Of a DNA stretch of 64,000 bases, positions 1 through 13,100 are shown one piece after another. Under the pieces are notes generated by a model, which saw only the letters and a program-made list of their open reading frames with translations, made no database searches and was not told the origin of the DNA. Origin of the DNA: Macrostomum hystrix (taxonomy: Eukaryota; Animalia; Platyhelminthes). The stretch covers positions 6,572,001 to 6,636,000 of the forward strand of contig CATNEN010000001.1 of assembly GCA_950097015.1 (NCBI GenBank). The letters run 5' to 3'. The position numbers and the translations under genes are program-made. Each line of letters opens with the position of its first letter. The first letter of the stretch is position 1.

Positions 1-1074
1 GATTTGATTGCCTGCTTGGCTCATTCTAGGGCTGGTTTGCCGCAGGTATTACTAACAGATTACCAGATTACATGACCAGAATGTCTAGCATATGATCAGA
101 ATACCTAGCTCATGACTAAAACATTGACCATATGATCAGCGTGCTCCCCAACCCACCAAACAGGCCCTCATCGGTATCGGAGCAATCGACGGCCTAGCCA
201 CACTAATCCAATCGCCCTTGGAGAGTGTCCGCGGCAGCGCCTCAGTGGCCCTGGGCTATCTGTCACACGAGCCATCTGGAAGGCGCCTGATACTCAGCAT
301 GTGCAGAAGAGATCCATTCGTGATGAAGTCGATTCTGTTCTACTCAAAAGACTGTTTGGCGCCGCAGTTCACGGAGGGCTGGCATCACTACCAGCGGGTC
401 GGACTGCCGCCTATTCGGTGAGAGCTCTCAAATATTTTCATCTCACTCATTTCATTTCATCAGTGATTCGATCCATCAACATCTACTCAATCTACATCTA
501 CTCAATCTGCATCTACTCAATCAACATCTCAGCTACTCAATCTACATCTCAGCTACTCAATCTACATCTCAGCTACTCAATCTACATCTCACCTACTCAA
601 TCTACACATCACCTACTCAATCTGCATCTCACCTACTCAATCTGCATCTCACCTACTCAATCTACACCTCACTTATTTAATCTTAATGTCAGCTACTCAA
701 TTTAGATCTCACATTACCCCCTGAAACATTTGAGCAGGCCAGGCAGGCCCCAGCTAGTCTCCAAGCGGACCATAGACTATCGCGCCGAGCACGAGCCAAC
801 AATGGTCACCCTAGTCGATTGCGCTGCGCCGCCGCTCACTCCGGCGCCAAGTCGGCGAGGTCGTCGTCGACGTCCCGGCGTGGATCAGGACTTGGACGTC
901 TCCGAAGAGGACTACGACGAAGAAGTTGACGATGGATCCGCCGCAGCCGCCGCCGCCGCTGTTCAAGGAGATGTAGACAGTTCCGATCTGCAGCAACAGC
1001 AGCAGCAGCAGCAGGAAGAGCGCCCATTGTCACGTGGTGCGTCGACTGGCAGTGACTTTTCTACTGTGGTCTAA
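1..1074 (+). CDS. ANKAR: Ankyrin and armadillo repeat-containing protein, 3' end (exons 1-45, 164-417, 738-1074)
   Basis: Spliced translation DLIACLAHSRAGLPQ/ALIGIGAIDGLATLIQSPLESVRGSASVALGYLSH...RVGLPPIR resembles the ANKAR C-terminal ARM region as recalled (LAHSRAGIP...ALGYLT...VGLP). GT-AG introns keep frame; stop TAA at 1072-1074. Confidence 0.75.
478..715. repeat. 20-bp intronic minisatellite (AGCTACTCAATCTACATCTC)
   Basis: Tandem copies visible in the ANKAR intron. Confidence 0.9.
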
Positions 1075-1639
1075 CACGATCCATAAAAAAATTTACTGAC
1101 AATTTTTTCATTTATACGCATCATATTTTTTAGTATTTTATATTTTAATTTCGACTGACGGTAAATCAAAAGAAGAATTTGTTTTTACAACTGAATAAGA
1201 ATCGAATTATTAATTATTTTTATCCTTCACAGCTGGGTATAAAGTTTAACAACACACTTTATCGTCAGAACAATTTTTTCCGAAAGGTCACTCCTGCATT
1301 GTACCAATAAATATATCTTTTTGAAATGATATTGACTTTTTGTGATAATACATCCTATTTTTACTCCAATCTGCCTGTTTTAATTTGTCGTTTTTGTCAT
1401 GACAAAATTTAGTAAAATCTACTAAATAAATATTCACACTATCTGTGCTCTTCCCTTTGTGTATTGAACTCTGAGAATATAGAATTAATGAGTTTTAATG
1501 TTCATATTGACGCGAGACATTCTTTTCTATAAACTTGTTGAAATGGTTACTTTAAATGTTGATTTATTTGTTTTATTCAGCTCCTAGCCTAGCGGTTGGA
1601 GCATCGAACTTTTGACAAATAAGAGATCAACTTTAGTTA

Positions 1640-1880
1640 TCGTAGCCAATCAATGCATAGCAATACAATTTTATGCCATTCAGCCAATCAGTAACGAGCA
1701 ATATCTTCTATAGGCAAGCAGTGACGAGCGATGTCTTCTCTAGCCAATCAGTGACGAGCAATATATTGTCTATCCATAATTAACGAGCAATATCTTCTCC
1801 ATCCAATCAGTGACAATCTATATATTATCTAGCCAATCATTGAAGATCAATCTTTTTTCTAGCCAACCAGCGAAGAAAAA
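1640..1880. repeat. Degenerate ~30-bp CCAAT-containing tandem repeat
   Basis: Repeated AGCCAATCAGTGACGAGCAATAT motif. Confidence 0.75.
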
Positions 1881-2712
1881 CTTTTATAGCCTAATATAAT
1901 CTTTTTAGATAGTTTGTGAGAAGCAATAAATTTTTATTTTACTTAGAAGTAATTAATCAGAGCTCTTTTTTCTATCAGCAAAGGCTGAAAGCATTCGTAT
2001 TACTCATAAGCTAATACGTAAGTTAAAAAAACTAAAGACAACACTGCATTTGTTATTAGCTTTCAATATAAAAACGATGGAATTACAAATAGTTTTTTAA
2101 CTGTCACAAAATATATATTGTACCAATTCGGCTGGTAAATTATAGCAGGCAAATATAGTTTTATCAAATATGTATTGTTATAAATATATATGAAACATGC
2201 CGGTGAAAACTGGTGTGAAGCCACTGATTTAGCTCAGCGAAACACATTGTTCTTAATAGAACTTGCAGACTATTAGGTTAAATTAAAAAAATCTAGAATA
2301 AAATAATTAGTCAATAAATGATTAGTTCCTTAAATAAAGTTTTTTTTCACTATTAAGTTGTTAAATAAACTTATTAACCAAGACAACCCGTTTTGCACAT
2401 AATTATTGGAAAAATCTAGTAACATAAAAATTACAAATTAGTGTTTCTAGAGTGATATGATTTTTTAAATTGATTTTTTCCAGATTTCATAAATTAATAA
2501 ATAACATAATAGAATACAGAAAAAACATTTTCTAGGACAGGAATACATTTATAAAACCTTGTTTAATGTGAGTTTAGTTGTGACAGATCGCATATCAATG
2601 TCATAACGGCCTTGGAAGCGCAGGCAAAGTACTATATTAGGCATACTGATCCTAATTGCGCGAATAAGTTTTATTGATTTTATTGTACCGTCTCAAACAA
2701 AAACAAAAGCTA

Positions 2713-3325
2713 ATCAGTGAAGGGCAATATCGGTTACATCCTTAGCCAATCAGTGAAGAGCAGGATCTATTCCATTCTCAGCCAATCAGCGAAGAGCAAT
2801 ACCAATCCCATTCACAGCCAATTAGTGAAGAGCAATATCTATTCCATCTTCAACCAATCAGTGAAGAGCAATACCAATTCCATTCTCAGCCAATCAGCGA
2901 AGAGCAATACCAATCCCATTCACAGCCAATTAGTGAAGAGCAATATCTATTCCATCTTCAACCAATCAGTGAAGAGCAATACCAATTCCATCCTCAGCCA
3001 ATCAGTGAATAGCAGTACCAATTCCATCCTCAGCGGCTCAGCCAATCAGTGAAAAGCGATACCAACTCCATCCTCAGCCAATCAGTGAACAGCAGTACCA
3101 ACTCCATCCTCAGCCAATCAGTGAACAGCAGTACCAACTCCATCCTCAGCCAATCAGTGAAGAGCGATACCAACTCCATCCTCAACCAATCAGTGAAGAG
3201 CAGTACCAACTCCATCCTCAGCCAATCAGTGAACAGCAGTACCAACTCCATCCTCAGCCAATCAGTGAAGAGCGATACCGACTCCATCATCAGCCAATCA
3301 GTGAAGAGCAATACAAACTCCATGT
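2713..3325. repeat. 36-bp CCAAT-containing minisatellite
   Basis: Unit AGCCAATCAGTGAAGAGCAATACCAATTCCATCCTC; produces spurious 12-aa-periodic ORFs. Confidence 0.92.
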
Positions 3326-3563
3326 GCTATTAATGTATGCTACAAAAAACTCCAGGATAAAGCATGCGTTCTTATTATTGATCATACAGCAGACACAAAA
3401 AGAGAAACTCGGAGTAATCAAGAATCGGATTTTATTATTTTTATTATAGACAGCTCAGACGAACAGAAAAATGGATAAAGACAGCAAAAACTAATTAGAG
3501 CTACAAACGCAGGCTCCAGTGAAATTGGCAGAGTTCTTGACGCAACATTTCCATTTATATAGT

Positions 3564-4495
3564 CTAGGAGAATGACTTCAAAAACTCCTTGGCGCACTGA
3601 CGGGCTCGACTGTTAATGGCCAGGCGCATATCCGAAATCTCTTTGTCAATCTCTTCCATGAAGGTGATGACAAAGTCCACCAATTTGTGCTTGTACATAG
3701 CCTCAGTGTGAAAGTTGGTAATTAGAAAGCTGACGTCATAGCCCTATTAGGGAGGCGAGGCGTAAGATAGTAAAATATAGTGGTAAATTAATTATCTATT
3801 CGAAAATAAATTAATGCAAACAAAGCTAACGAACCTCAACGGGTTGACGACGAAGGACAACGAAATCCTCGGCTCGCATAGTCATAAATTTGGTAAATTT
3901 GTGACAGAGCATCTTTTCAATATCGTCGGCCTGCTTGATGGCTATGCTGATGCGAACTGAATTCACCGAGGCTTCGATAAGTACGCGCTCGCGTTCGTTG
4001 CGACTAACTACAACTGGAGCTAGCAGGAGCTCCTTGCTGCTCCTGGAGTAAAATGGTTTTGGTGCAGATTTTAGGATATGAGAGGATGTTGGTTCGATTC
4101 TCGGAGGATCTGAGAGGACGTTGGTTCGATTCTCTGAGGATCTGGGAGGATGTTGGTTCGATTCTCTGAGGATCTGGGAGGATGTTGGTTCGATTCTCTG
4201 AGGATCTGGGAGGATGTTGGTTCGATTCTCTGAGGATCTGAGAGGACGTCGGTTCGATTCTCTGAGGATCTTGGGAGATAATGGTTATAATAAAAAAATA
4301 AATTTTCTTTACTACGTTTTTACATTTCAAACATGTTTTTCAAAAAACACTTTCAAACTGTAGATTTTTAACACTAACTCACTTAGTCTCAACTTCAGGT
4401 TTGTTGTGCCGCTCTACAACTTGCGAGCTAAAGTTTTCAAGGCACATTGCAGCACTGAGGGTGCTGCGAACAGCAGCTAGGTAGGGTTTAAGTGC
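3564..4495 (-). CDS. ARPC4: Arp2/3 complex subunit 4 (p20-Arc); exons 4383-4495, 3835-4042, 3564-3743; small start exon upstream not located
   Basis: Translation [36 protein letters not shown]...[22 protein letters not shown]...[48 protein letters not shown] is near-identical to ARPC4. Confidence 0.96.
4080..4275. repeat. 32-bp intronic minisatellite
   Basis: GAGGATGTTGGTTCGATTCTCTGAGGATCTGG, about 6 copies, in an ARPC4 intron. Confidence 0.9.
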
Positions 4496-4944
4496 CTGAA
4501 AAGTACACAAAAATTATAAATCAAACTACTTACTAAAAAGAATAGTATAATAGATACTATCACAGTGTAGTTTCATAGAAAAGATAGCATTATATTTTAA
4601 ATATTGATTATATAAAACTATGTAAAAATAGGTATTTAATTATTTATAAGACATTTTCTTTGAGTTTTTATTAAACTGCTTAGTTGTTAATTAGCTAAAT
4701 TATCAACAAACTAGTTGCTGACCTAAAGTAACTTGTTTACTGTTTTTATAATATAGGCTATCAGACAGGAAATAAGAATTGTAGAAAAAAATACAAAATA
4801 CAGTTACATTACTTTAAAATCTAAAATTACTGATTTTATAAATTATAGACTCACATAAGCTTTATATAAAAATCTGGTTGTTGCTATTATTTATTATTAT
4901 TTGTACTTCTAGAGTGTCTGATTCTTGTATATTGTCAGAAATGA

Positions 4945-5273
4945 CTACCAAGAAAAAACATTGTAAGCTTGTCAAGTCAGCAATGGTACTTTGTACTTAA
5001 TTGTACTTAAAAAGGTTGCCATGTTGGAGACCTTGGAAAGTACTTAGAAGTAGGTCAGTTGACATGTAGTTTAAACATTGAATAATTGGGAACTACTTGG
5101 ATTGGAAATTATTATCTTATATAGTTTGGTATCTGTACTTCAAAGTAACTTAAAATTCAAAATCAACATCCCAAACTTGTAGATTGTAACTTTGCAGTAA
5201 TTATTCAAGTAAATGTCATTTTTACTTTCAAAGTTACTTGTCAAGTATATCATAAAGTTTTTTTCTTGGGCAG
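4945..5273. mobile_element. Possible degenerate MITE
   Basis: Imperfect terminal inverted repeats CTACCAAGAAAAAAC...CTTGTCAAGT / ACTTGTCAAGT...GTTTTTTTCTTGGGCAG. Confidence 0.35.
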
Positions 5274-7184
5274 CTAACCTAGGCCTAAACAATAGTACTC
5301 TTCAAAGGTCCTTATTAAGATGTTTATTTCAATTGATTATTTGCACACATTATTTACTCCACCCAAAATGAATCTTGCTTATATCTCACTTGGTGTTATG
5401 TTTATATAGGCTGGGTTTTTGTCAGATCTGGGGCACCAAATTGGAATTCAGAGTACTCATTAGAATTGGCAACCATGAAAATAGGAACATTTAGCTTGTT
5501 AGCTCTTAATTTGTAGTAGTATTCATCCTTCATCCTTACATACATTACATAATATATGTGTTGAAATGAATAGGCCTAATAGGAGATAATTATTAAGTTA
5601 TTAACTAGGCCTAAAATGGCTAAAAGTAGTTAATTAATAGTCTCTACACCTATAGTCCCAATCAAGTCAATGACTTAGTTCACTTATGGTAAAAATGACT
5701 AAAAAGAAACTGAATCTATTTTTTATCACGAACTTTTGATCCAATATCTTCATCTTTGTGATTAAGATGTGATGTGACATAGTCTAATAAAAATATTGGC
5801 CTATTGACATTGACACAAGCCTAGGTCAAATTCTAGGGTGCTAAATAAAATTTTAGTGATCAAAAGCAACTATTTAGCTAAAAACGGTATATGGGCACCC
5901 ACTAAAGTCCTTACACCTATTCTAAAATAAATATTACTAATCTTTAATAAATGGGAAATATGGGCCTTTGGGACATATGTGGCATATGGGACATATATTC
6001 AATACACATTGAATATTTTGTTTGACAGTGTTCCATAAACATTTAATTTAAATGGCTGACATGACAGCAAAGTCAGTGGTCGTATCCCTGTTTTTAGTTT
6101 TGTATTCCGATATAGTAAGATAAATTAGCTTCAGTGAAAAATGAAAAATATACACTTTTCATTGTTTTTAAATTAGTGCTTAACAAATTATAAGTTATTT
6201 AGCCAGTAAAACAAAAATACATATTTACTTACTTAAAAAGGGGGAGTATACCTCTATAGTAGTATTATTGCAAAATTGAAATTTAATTTTAAATAAATGG
6301 CGTAACGCTTAGCAAATAAATAAAATTTTTCTATTTGTAGTGCGTACACATAAGGTCCGTGAATCCAAAACTCCACTTTCAAATTCGGAAAATTTTCACT
6401 GATCAATCTCATTTCTTTCTTTCAGTAAAACGATAGATTATGCTATAAAACGAAGCAATAACTCATACTCTCCAATCGAAAACTTTTATCAACCCTAGCT
6501 GCTACATAGAGTCTTTAATTATTAAATAAGGAGCATTTTATTTTCTGTTGCCTAGTAGTTTTTAAGAAGCGACATGCACGTATAAAAGTCGACGTCGATT
6601 TTTTAAAAGTAGACATGTCTAGTTTCGCTAACAATTCAATATTTTGTACTTGTACATGTGTATACAAGAGTGCAATACATGCAGTTGTAATGCAGGAATT
6701 AATGCTGAATTAAATGCAGAATTAGTGACTAAAATAACTGAGATTACATTAGATCAATCTTCCTCCATGTGTCAATTTCGATCTCCGCTTCCATTCTACA
6801 GTTCTTACTCTCTCTTATGCTGATTTCGCAGCTCGTCCAGTGAGCTATTTTGTGATCAGTTTCATTCTGTATAAATTTTGGTTTAAGAATCGCCGACACA
6901 AAATCTTTAAATTTGAATCGCAAAATGAAACAAAATACATTTATATTTCACAAAAAGCCGAAATTATTAATCCTCATTTCCCTTAAAGTAAAAATTTAAT
7001 GTTACTACACGAGTAATTCAGCTCTTAACAATTGCGTGCCGGATAAAACAATTTGCTTAGAGTTCAGGTGCAAATTCCTATTAGATAGTTTAATATCGTG
7101 TGTAAGTAAAAAAAGAATAAAATATTTTAGTTTGTTTAGAATTAAAAACTCGGTACACTGTAATTCTCTCTTATATTACCAGCT

Positions 7185-10100
7185 TTAAATGTTGTAATGC
7201 ACTTTTTCGTCAACCCACATTCCGCCCATCGAAGATGCATTCCTATTAGCCAATTCCAATGCAGCTCGCACTTCAGCCATCTTCCTACTGGATGCTTCAG
7301 TTTGGACAAAGCCTGGCGCCAGCTGCTGCTGCTGCTGTTGCTGCAGCTCTTTCGACTGTCGCAGCGCTGCTTTACTAGCAGCCAGGACTAAAAAGTCCAG
7401 CATCATCTCTAGAATCTCGAATAAGGTGAGCACACTTAGACCGAGCCACAGGCCAACCTAAGGATAGGTGATCGAGTTCGTCAGAATAACTATTATATAT
7501 ATATAAAATGGCCATAGCTATCAATGTACATGGAACCCACAGCTATCCGTCTAGATGGAACTCACAGCTATCAGTGTAGATGGAACCCACAGCTATCAGT
7601 GTAGATGGAACCCACAGCTATCAGTCTAGATGGAACCCACAGCTATCAGTGTAGATGGAACCCACAGCTATCAGTCTAGATGGAACCCACAGCTATCAGT
7701 CTAGATGGAACCAAGGACCACTGTAGTATAACAGGACGGGAAACTCAAAGATCGTGTAAATTTTTAGAAGGCCGATTTCCTGGAAAAAATACACTGCGGA
7801 GATAGGAAAAAGTCATTTTTCAGCACATAATCAATTATTGCTTTTGATCTGGAGCAAGTTCAAATCCGTTAATCTTAGTACAGCATGCCCAACATTAAGC
7901 TCCGTTGTTTTTATATAGCTTCGTTTATAAAAGTCTTATTTTCACATATATATATATTATATAATAGTGTCTTGAATCTATATAGACTATAGACTAGCAC
8001 ATTTAATGGCTCAAAATATGATAGCTAAATATTCTTAATTTGGCCTAAATTGTTTGAATTAACAAATTAGCTAAATAGTTTGGCAAAACTAACAGCCAAA
8101 AAAGTTAACTAATATAACAGTAGCAACTATATAGCTATAAAGGTACAACAAATTTCAAAATGATTTTAATGCAACCAAGTAAGTTAATTAATTTTTGGCT
8201 GTTAGTTTTGCCAAACTATTTAGCTAATTTGTTAATTCAAACAATTTAGGCCAAATTAAGAATATTTAGCTATCATATTTTGAGCCATTAAATGTGCTAT
8301 AGTCTATAGTCTATATAGATTCAAGACACTATTATATAATATATATATGTGAAAATAAGACTTTTATAAACGAAGCTATATAAAAACAACGGAGCTTAAT
8401 GTTGGGCATGCTGTACTAAGATTAACGGATTTGAACTTGCTCCAGATCAAAAGCAATAATTGATTATGTGCTGAAAAATGACTTTTTCCTATCTCCGCAG
8501 TGTATTTTTTCCAGGAAATCGGCCTTCTAAAAATTTACACGATCTTTGAGTTTCCCGTCCTGTTATACTACAGTGGTCCTTGGATGGAACCCACAGCTAT
8601 TAGTCTAGATGGAACCCACAGCTATCAGTCTAGATGGAACCCACAGCTATCAGTGTAGATGGAACCCACAGCTATCAGTCTAGATGGAACCCACAGCTAT
8701 CAGTGTAGATGGAACCCACAGCTATCAGTCTAGATGGAACCCACAGCTATCAGTCTAGATGGAACCCACAGCTATCAGTCTAGATGGAACCCACAGCTCC
8801 CACTCTGTGGCGCCCTTACCTGTCCACCCATGTCTGACAGAAGGTCAGTCAACACGTAGGCTTCAACCGATACCTCCGTGTGAGTTTCCGGGTCGTCAAA
8901 GAAGACAATCATTTTAACCATGTTTTGTCTGAAATCTCAAGTTACGAGTATTTTGGTTATGATTTAGTTTAGTTTATGGCTAAAATGTTATTCGGTAAAG
9001 TGTATTTTGGACTAGTCCTGCACTCACGCTACAAATTCGGATTTCAAATCGGAAGTCATGCTCTTCATAGTTTCACGAACTCCTGGATTGTACATCATAA
9101 CTTGCTTCATAGCATCGTCCTAAAGTGAAATAAATATTATTGTTAATTATTGTTTTACCTTGACGCTAACTGATTTTTACCTACCTCATAGCCCATGCTT
9201 GGCCATTTAGACATCGATAGTGCTGCGTCGTACTTAAACTCGCTGGAATAAAGACGTGATGCTTTGTTTGAGTCACCAGATTCTTGTATGAAGTTTACAG
9301 ATGAGATAAAATGGCAATAGAGAGATGAGATGGCAATAGAGAGATGACATGGTAATAGAGAGATGAGATAACAATAGAGAGATGACATGGCAATAGAGAG
9401 ATGATATGGCAATAGAGAGATGACATGGCAATATTGAGATGATATGGCAATAGAGAGATGAGATGGCAATAGAGAGATGAGATGGCAATAGAGAGATGAT
9501 ATGGCAATGGAGAGATAAGATGGCAATAGAGAGATGATATGGCAATGGAGAGATGAGATGGCAATAGAGAGATGAGATGGCAATAGAGAGATGAGATGGC
9601 AATGGTGAGATGATATGGCAATAGAGAGATGATATGGCAATGGAGAGATGAGATGGCAATAGTGAGATGAGATGGCAATAGTGAGATGATATGGCAATGG
9701 AGAGATGAGATGGCAATAGTGAGATGAGATGGAAATAGAGAGATGACATGGCAATGGAGAGATGAGATGGCAATAGAGAGATGAGATGGCAATAGTGAGA
9801 TGATATGGCAATAGAGAGATGATATGGCAATGGAGAGATGATATGGCAATGGAGAGATGATATGGCAATGGAGAGATGAGATGGCAATAGTGAGATGAGA
9901 TGGCAATAGTGAGATGATATGGCAATGGAGAGATGAGATGGCAATAGTGAGATGAGATGGAAATAGAGAGATGACATGGCAATGGAGAGATGAGATGGCA
10001 ATAGAGAGATGAGATGGCAATAGTGAGATGATATGGCAATAGAGAGATGATATGGCAATGGAGAGATGAGATGGCAATAGTGAGATGAGATGGTAGTAGA

Positions 10101-13100
10101 GAGATGAGATGGCAATAGAGAGATGACATGGCAATAGAGAGATGACATGGCAATAGAGAGATGACATGGCAATAGAGAGATGACATGGCAATAGAGAGAT
10201 GAGATGGCAATAGTGAGATGATATGGCAATAGTGAGATGATATGGCAATAGAGAGATGATATGGCAATGGAGAGATGAGATGGCAATAGAGAGATGACAT
10301 GGCAATAGAGAGATGATATGGCAATGGAGAGATAAGATGGCAATAGAGAGATGATATGGCAATGGTGAGATGAGATGGCAATAGAGAGATGAGATGGCAA
10401 TAGAGAGATGACATGGCAATAGAGAGATGACATGGCAATAGAGAGATGATATGGCAATGGAGAGATAAGATGGCAATAGAGAGATGATATGGCAATGGTG
10501 AGATGAGATGGTAGTAGAGAGATGAGATGGCAATAGAGAGATGACATGGCAATAGAGAGATGACATGGCAATAGAGAGATGATATGGCAATGGAGAGATA
10601 AGATGGCAATAGAGAGATGATATGGCAATGGTGAGATGAGATGGCAATAGAGAGATGAGATGGCAATAGAGAGATGACATGGCAATAGTGAGATGAGATG
10701 GTAGTAGAGAGATGAGATGGCAATAGAGAGATGACATGGCAATAGAGAGATGACATGGCAATAGTGAGATGAGATGGCAATAGAGAGATGACATGGCAAT
10801 AGTGAGATGAGATGGTAGTAGAGAGATGAGATGGCAATAGAGAGATGACATGGCAATAGAGAGATGAGATGGCAATAGAGAGATGAGATGGTAATAGAGA
10901 GATGAGATGGCAATAGAGAGATGACATGGCAATAGAGAGATGAGATGGCAATAGAGAGATGACATGGCAATAGAGAGATGACATGGCAATAGTGAGATGA
11001 GATGGTAGTAGAGAGATGAGATGGCAATAGAGAGATGACATGGCAATAGAGAGATGAGATGGCAATAGAGAGATGAGATGGCAATAGAGAGATGAGATGG
11101 CAATAGTGAGATGAGATGGTAGTAGAGAGATGAGATGGCAATAGAGAGATGACATGGCAATAGAGAGATGAGATGGTAATAGAGAGATGAGATGGTAATA
11201 GTGAGATGAGATGAGACTAGCCATTGTGAGCAGCTGGCAAGTGTTACGAGGTGGTACATTGAACTCACTCGCACTGACTCTGGCATCCTGCACGGCAGGT
11301 AGAAAATGCGGACTCTTCAATGCCTTGCATGCAGACGGCTGCGTTTGGAGTTTTGGAAGTGGTTCTGCTGGTTAACCTGCTATCGAGAGTTGCACTAGAG
11401 TGACCACGGGGGCATTTCAAATATCCACATTTTTCTTTTTTGTATCTCCTAAAATGTTCAACCAATCGCCATGAAAATCCACTCTAAACGATGAGACAAC
11501 GGCATCGTCGAGACATTCAACGATTCTCGTCGGGCTTGTCTGGTGGCAAAAACACCACCGATATAGGCAAACATATTCTGTTCACAAAACTTAATTATGT
11601 ATACATGTCGGCTATTGTAGTTGACTATATTGTATTGATTATATACCTTTTTACGTTCTATTTGATAAAAACTGCAACCAATTTGGCCACGGCTCAGCCT
11701 GACGCAGCCGCAGCAATTTTCTATAGACAGCCGCCGCTAGCAGCAATTGATTTGGTAAAAACTGCGAGCTATTTTGCCAGCTTGAAGATAGCATTCTTAT
11801 CATTCTTATCATCACTCTGATGGCGAATCGTGGGCCGTACCAAAATATAAGTCAGCTGGATCGAGAGCGAATCGTGAGAGCGTACAGGAATGGCGACGAC
11901 TGGAGAGAACTTGGCAGAATGATGGGGATGAAGAAACCGACAGTGAGGAACATCGTGACCACGTATGAACAAACTGGTAGAGTTGGCACTCTGCCAAAAG
12001 GAGGAGTGAAGAGGATGGCGCTGACGGAGGCTATGGTGAACACCATTGTTCAATTCGTTGAAGGTCAACCTACTGCGACGCTGCAACAAATGAGAGAGCA
12101 CCTGCTGCACCAACACAATGACGTTGCCAACGTGAGTCTGACCACTATCAGTCGTGCTCTGGATGGTCGCCTCATCACCCTGAAGTTGCTGCGCCAGGTA
12201 CCTGTGAACTGGAACATGCCTGTTACAAAGGAGGCGCGAAGGACGCACGTCGAATGGATGCTGGACGAGGGAAGCCAGGTGAACACCATTTTCATGGACG
12301 AGTTTGGGGTGAATATCTGGACGGCGAGGACTCAAGGCCGCTCTGCGAAGGGGCTCCCAGCTGTGACTGTCGTCAGCGGACATCGTGGGCAGAATCTCAC
12401 CATCTGCCTGGCCATCTCGCAACTCGGCCTCATTCACAGCACTCTCGTTGAAGGAGGCTTTAAGAACGAGCACTTCGTGGAATTCCTCTAATATACTATA
12501 TTATTAAATTATACACCTAATGGATTCGCCGAAGAGGTTTATGCAGAGCAATGTTTGTTGTCCTTGTCACCAGGGTCTTCGACAAGAATCGCTGAACATC
12601 TCGCCGATGCTGACTCAGACGCCTTTAAAAGTCAGTTCATCGTAAAGAGCGGAAAATCTTTGTCCATTTGGTGGGCTTTCACGACAATCGGTCATTCGGT
12701 TTGACAGCTATCGTTGTCGCGAAAGCGTGAGTTATTATTAACCAATCCGGTTCTCTGTACACCCTTGTGGTAATCTATTTTCTTACCCCTGTTATCTGCC
12801 CTTCTCTATCTATTATCAATTTTGTCGCTGTCCCTTTCCGCTAACCCCCCTCCAGTCTAGCGTCTGCCCCCTTTCTGTCCTAGCATATCAAAATTTATAA
12901 TATATCGTTTGAGGCCCGAGGTAGAGTGGCGTTCGTTCTTCTGGTGCATCGGTGATTGCCATTTGACTCATAACTCTAACATAGCGAAAGTTCGAATGAA
13001 ATCAATTTATTTACAATCGTGAAGTAGGCAGCGGGTATTTGAACTAGCCCCTGTTGTCTTTCATTCTTCTGTTAACAATGATATGATACGAATCTTACCC

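Noticed and set aside
9155-11320. Three 620-720 aa minus-strand ORFs
   Set aside because: Translation of a 19-bp minisatellite that is stop-free in all three frames and lies inside an ENaC intron
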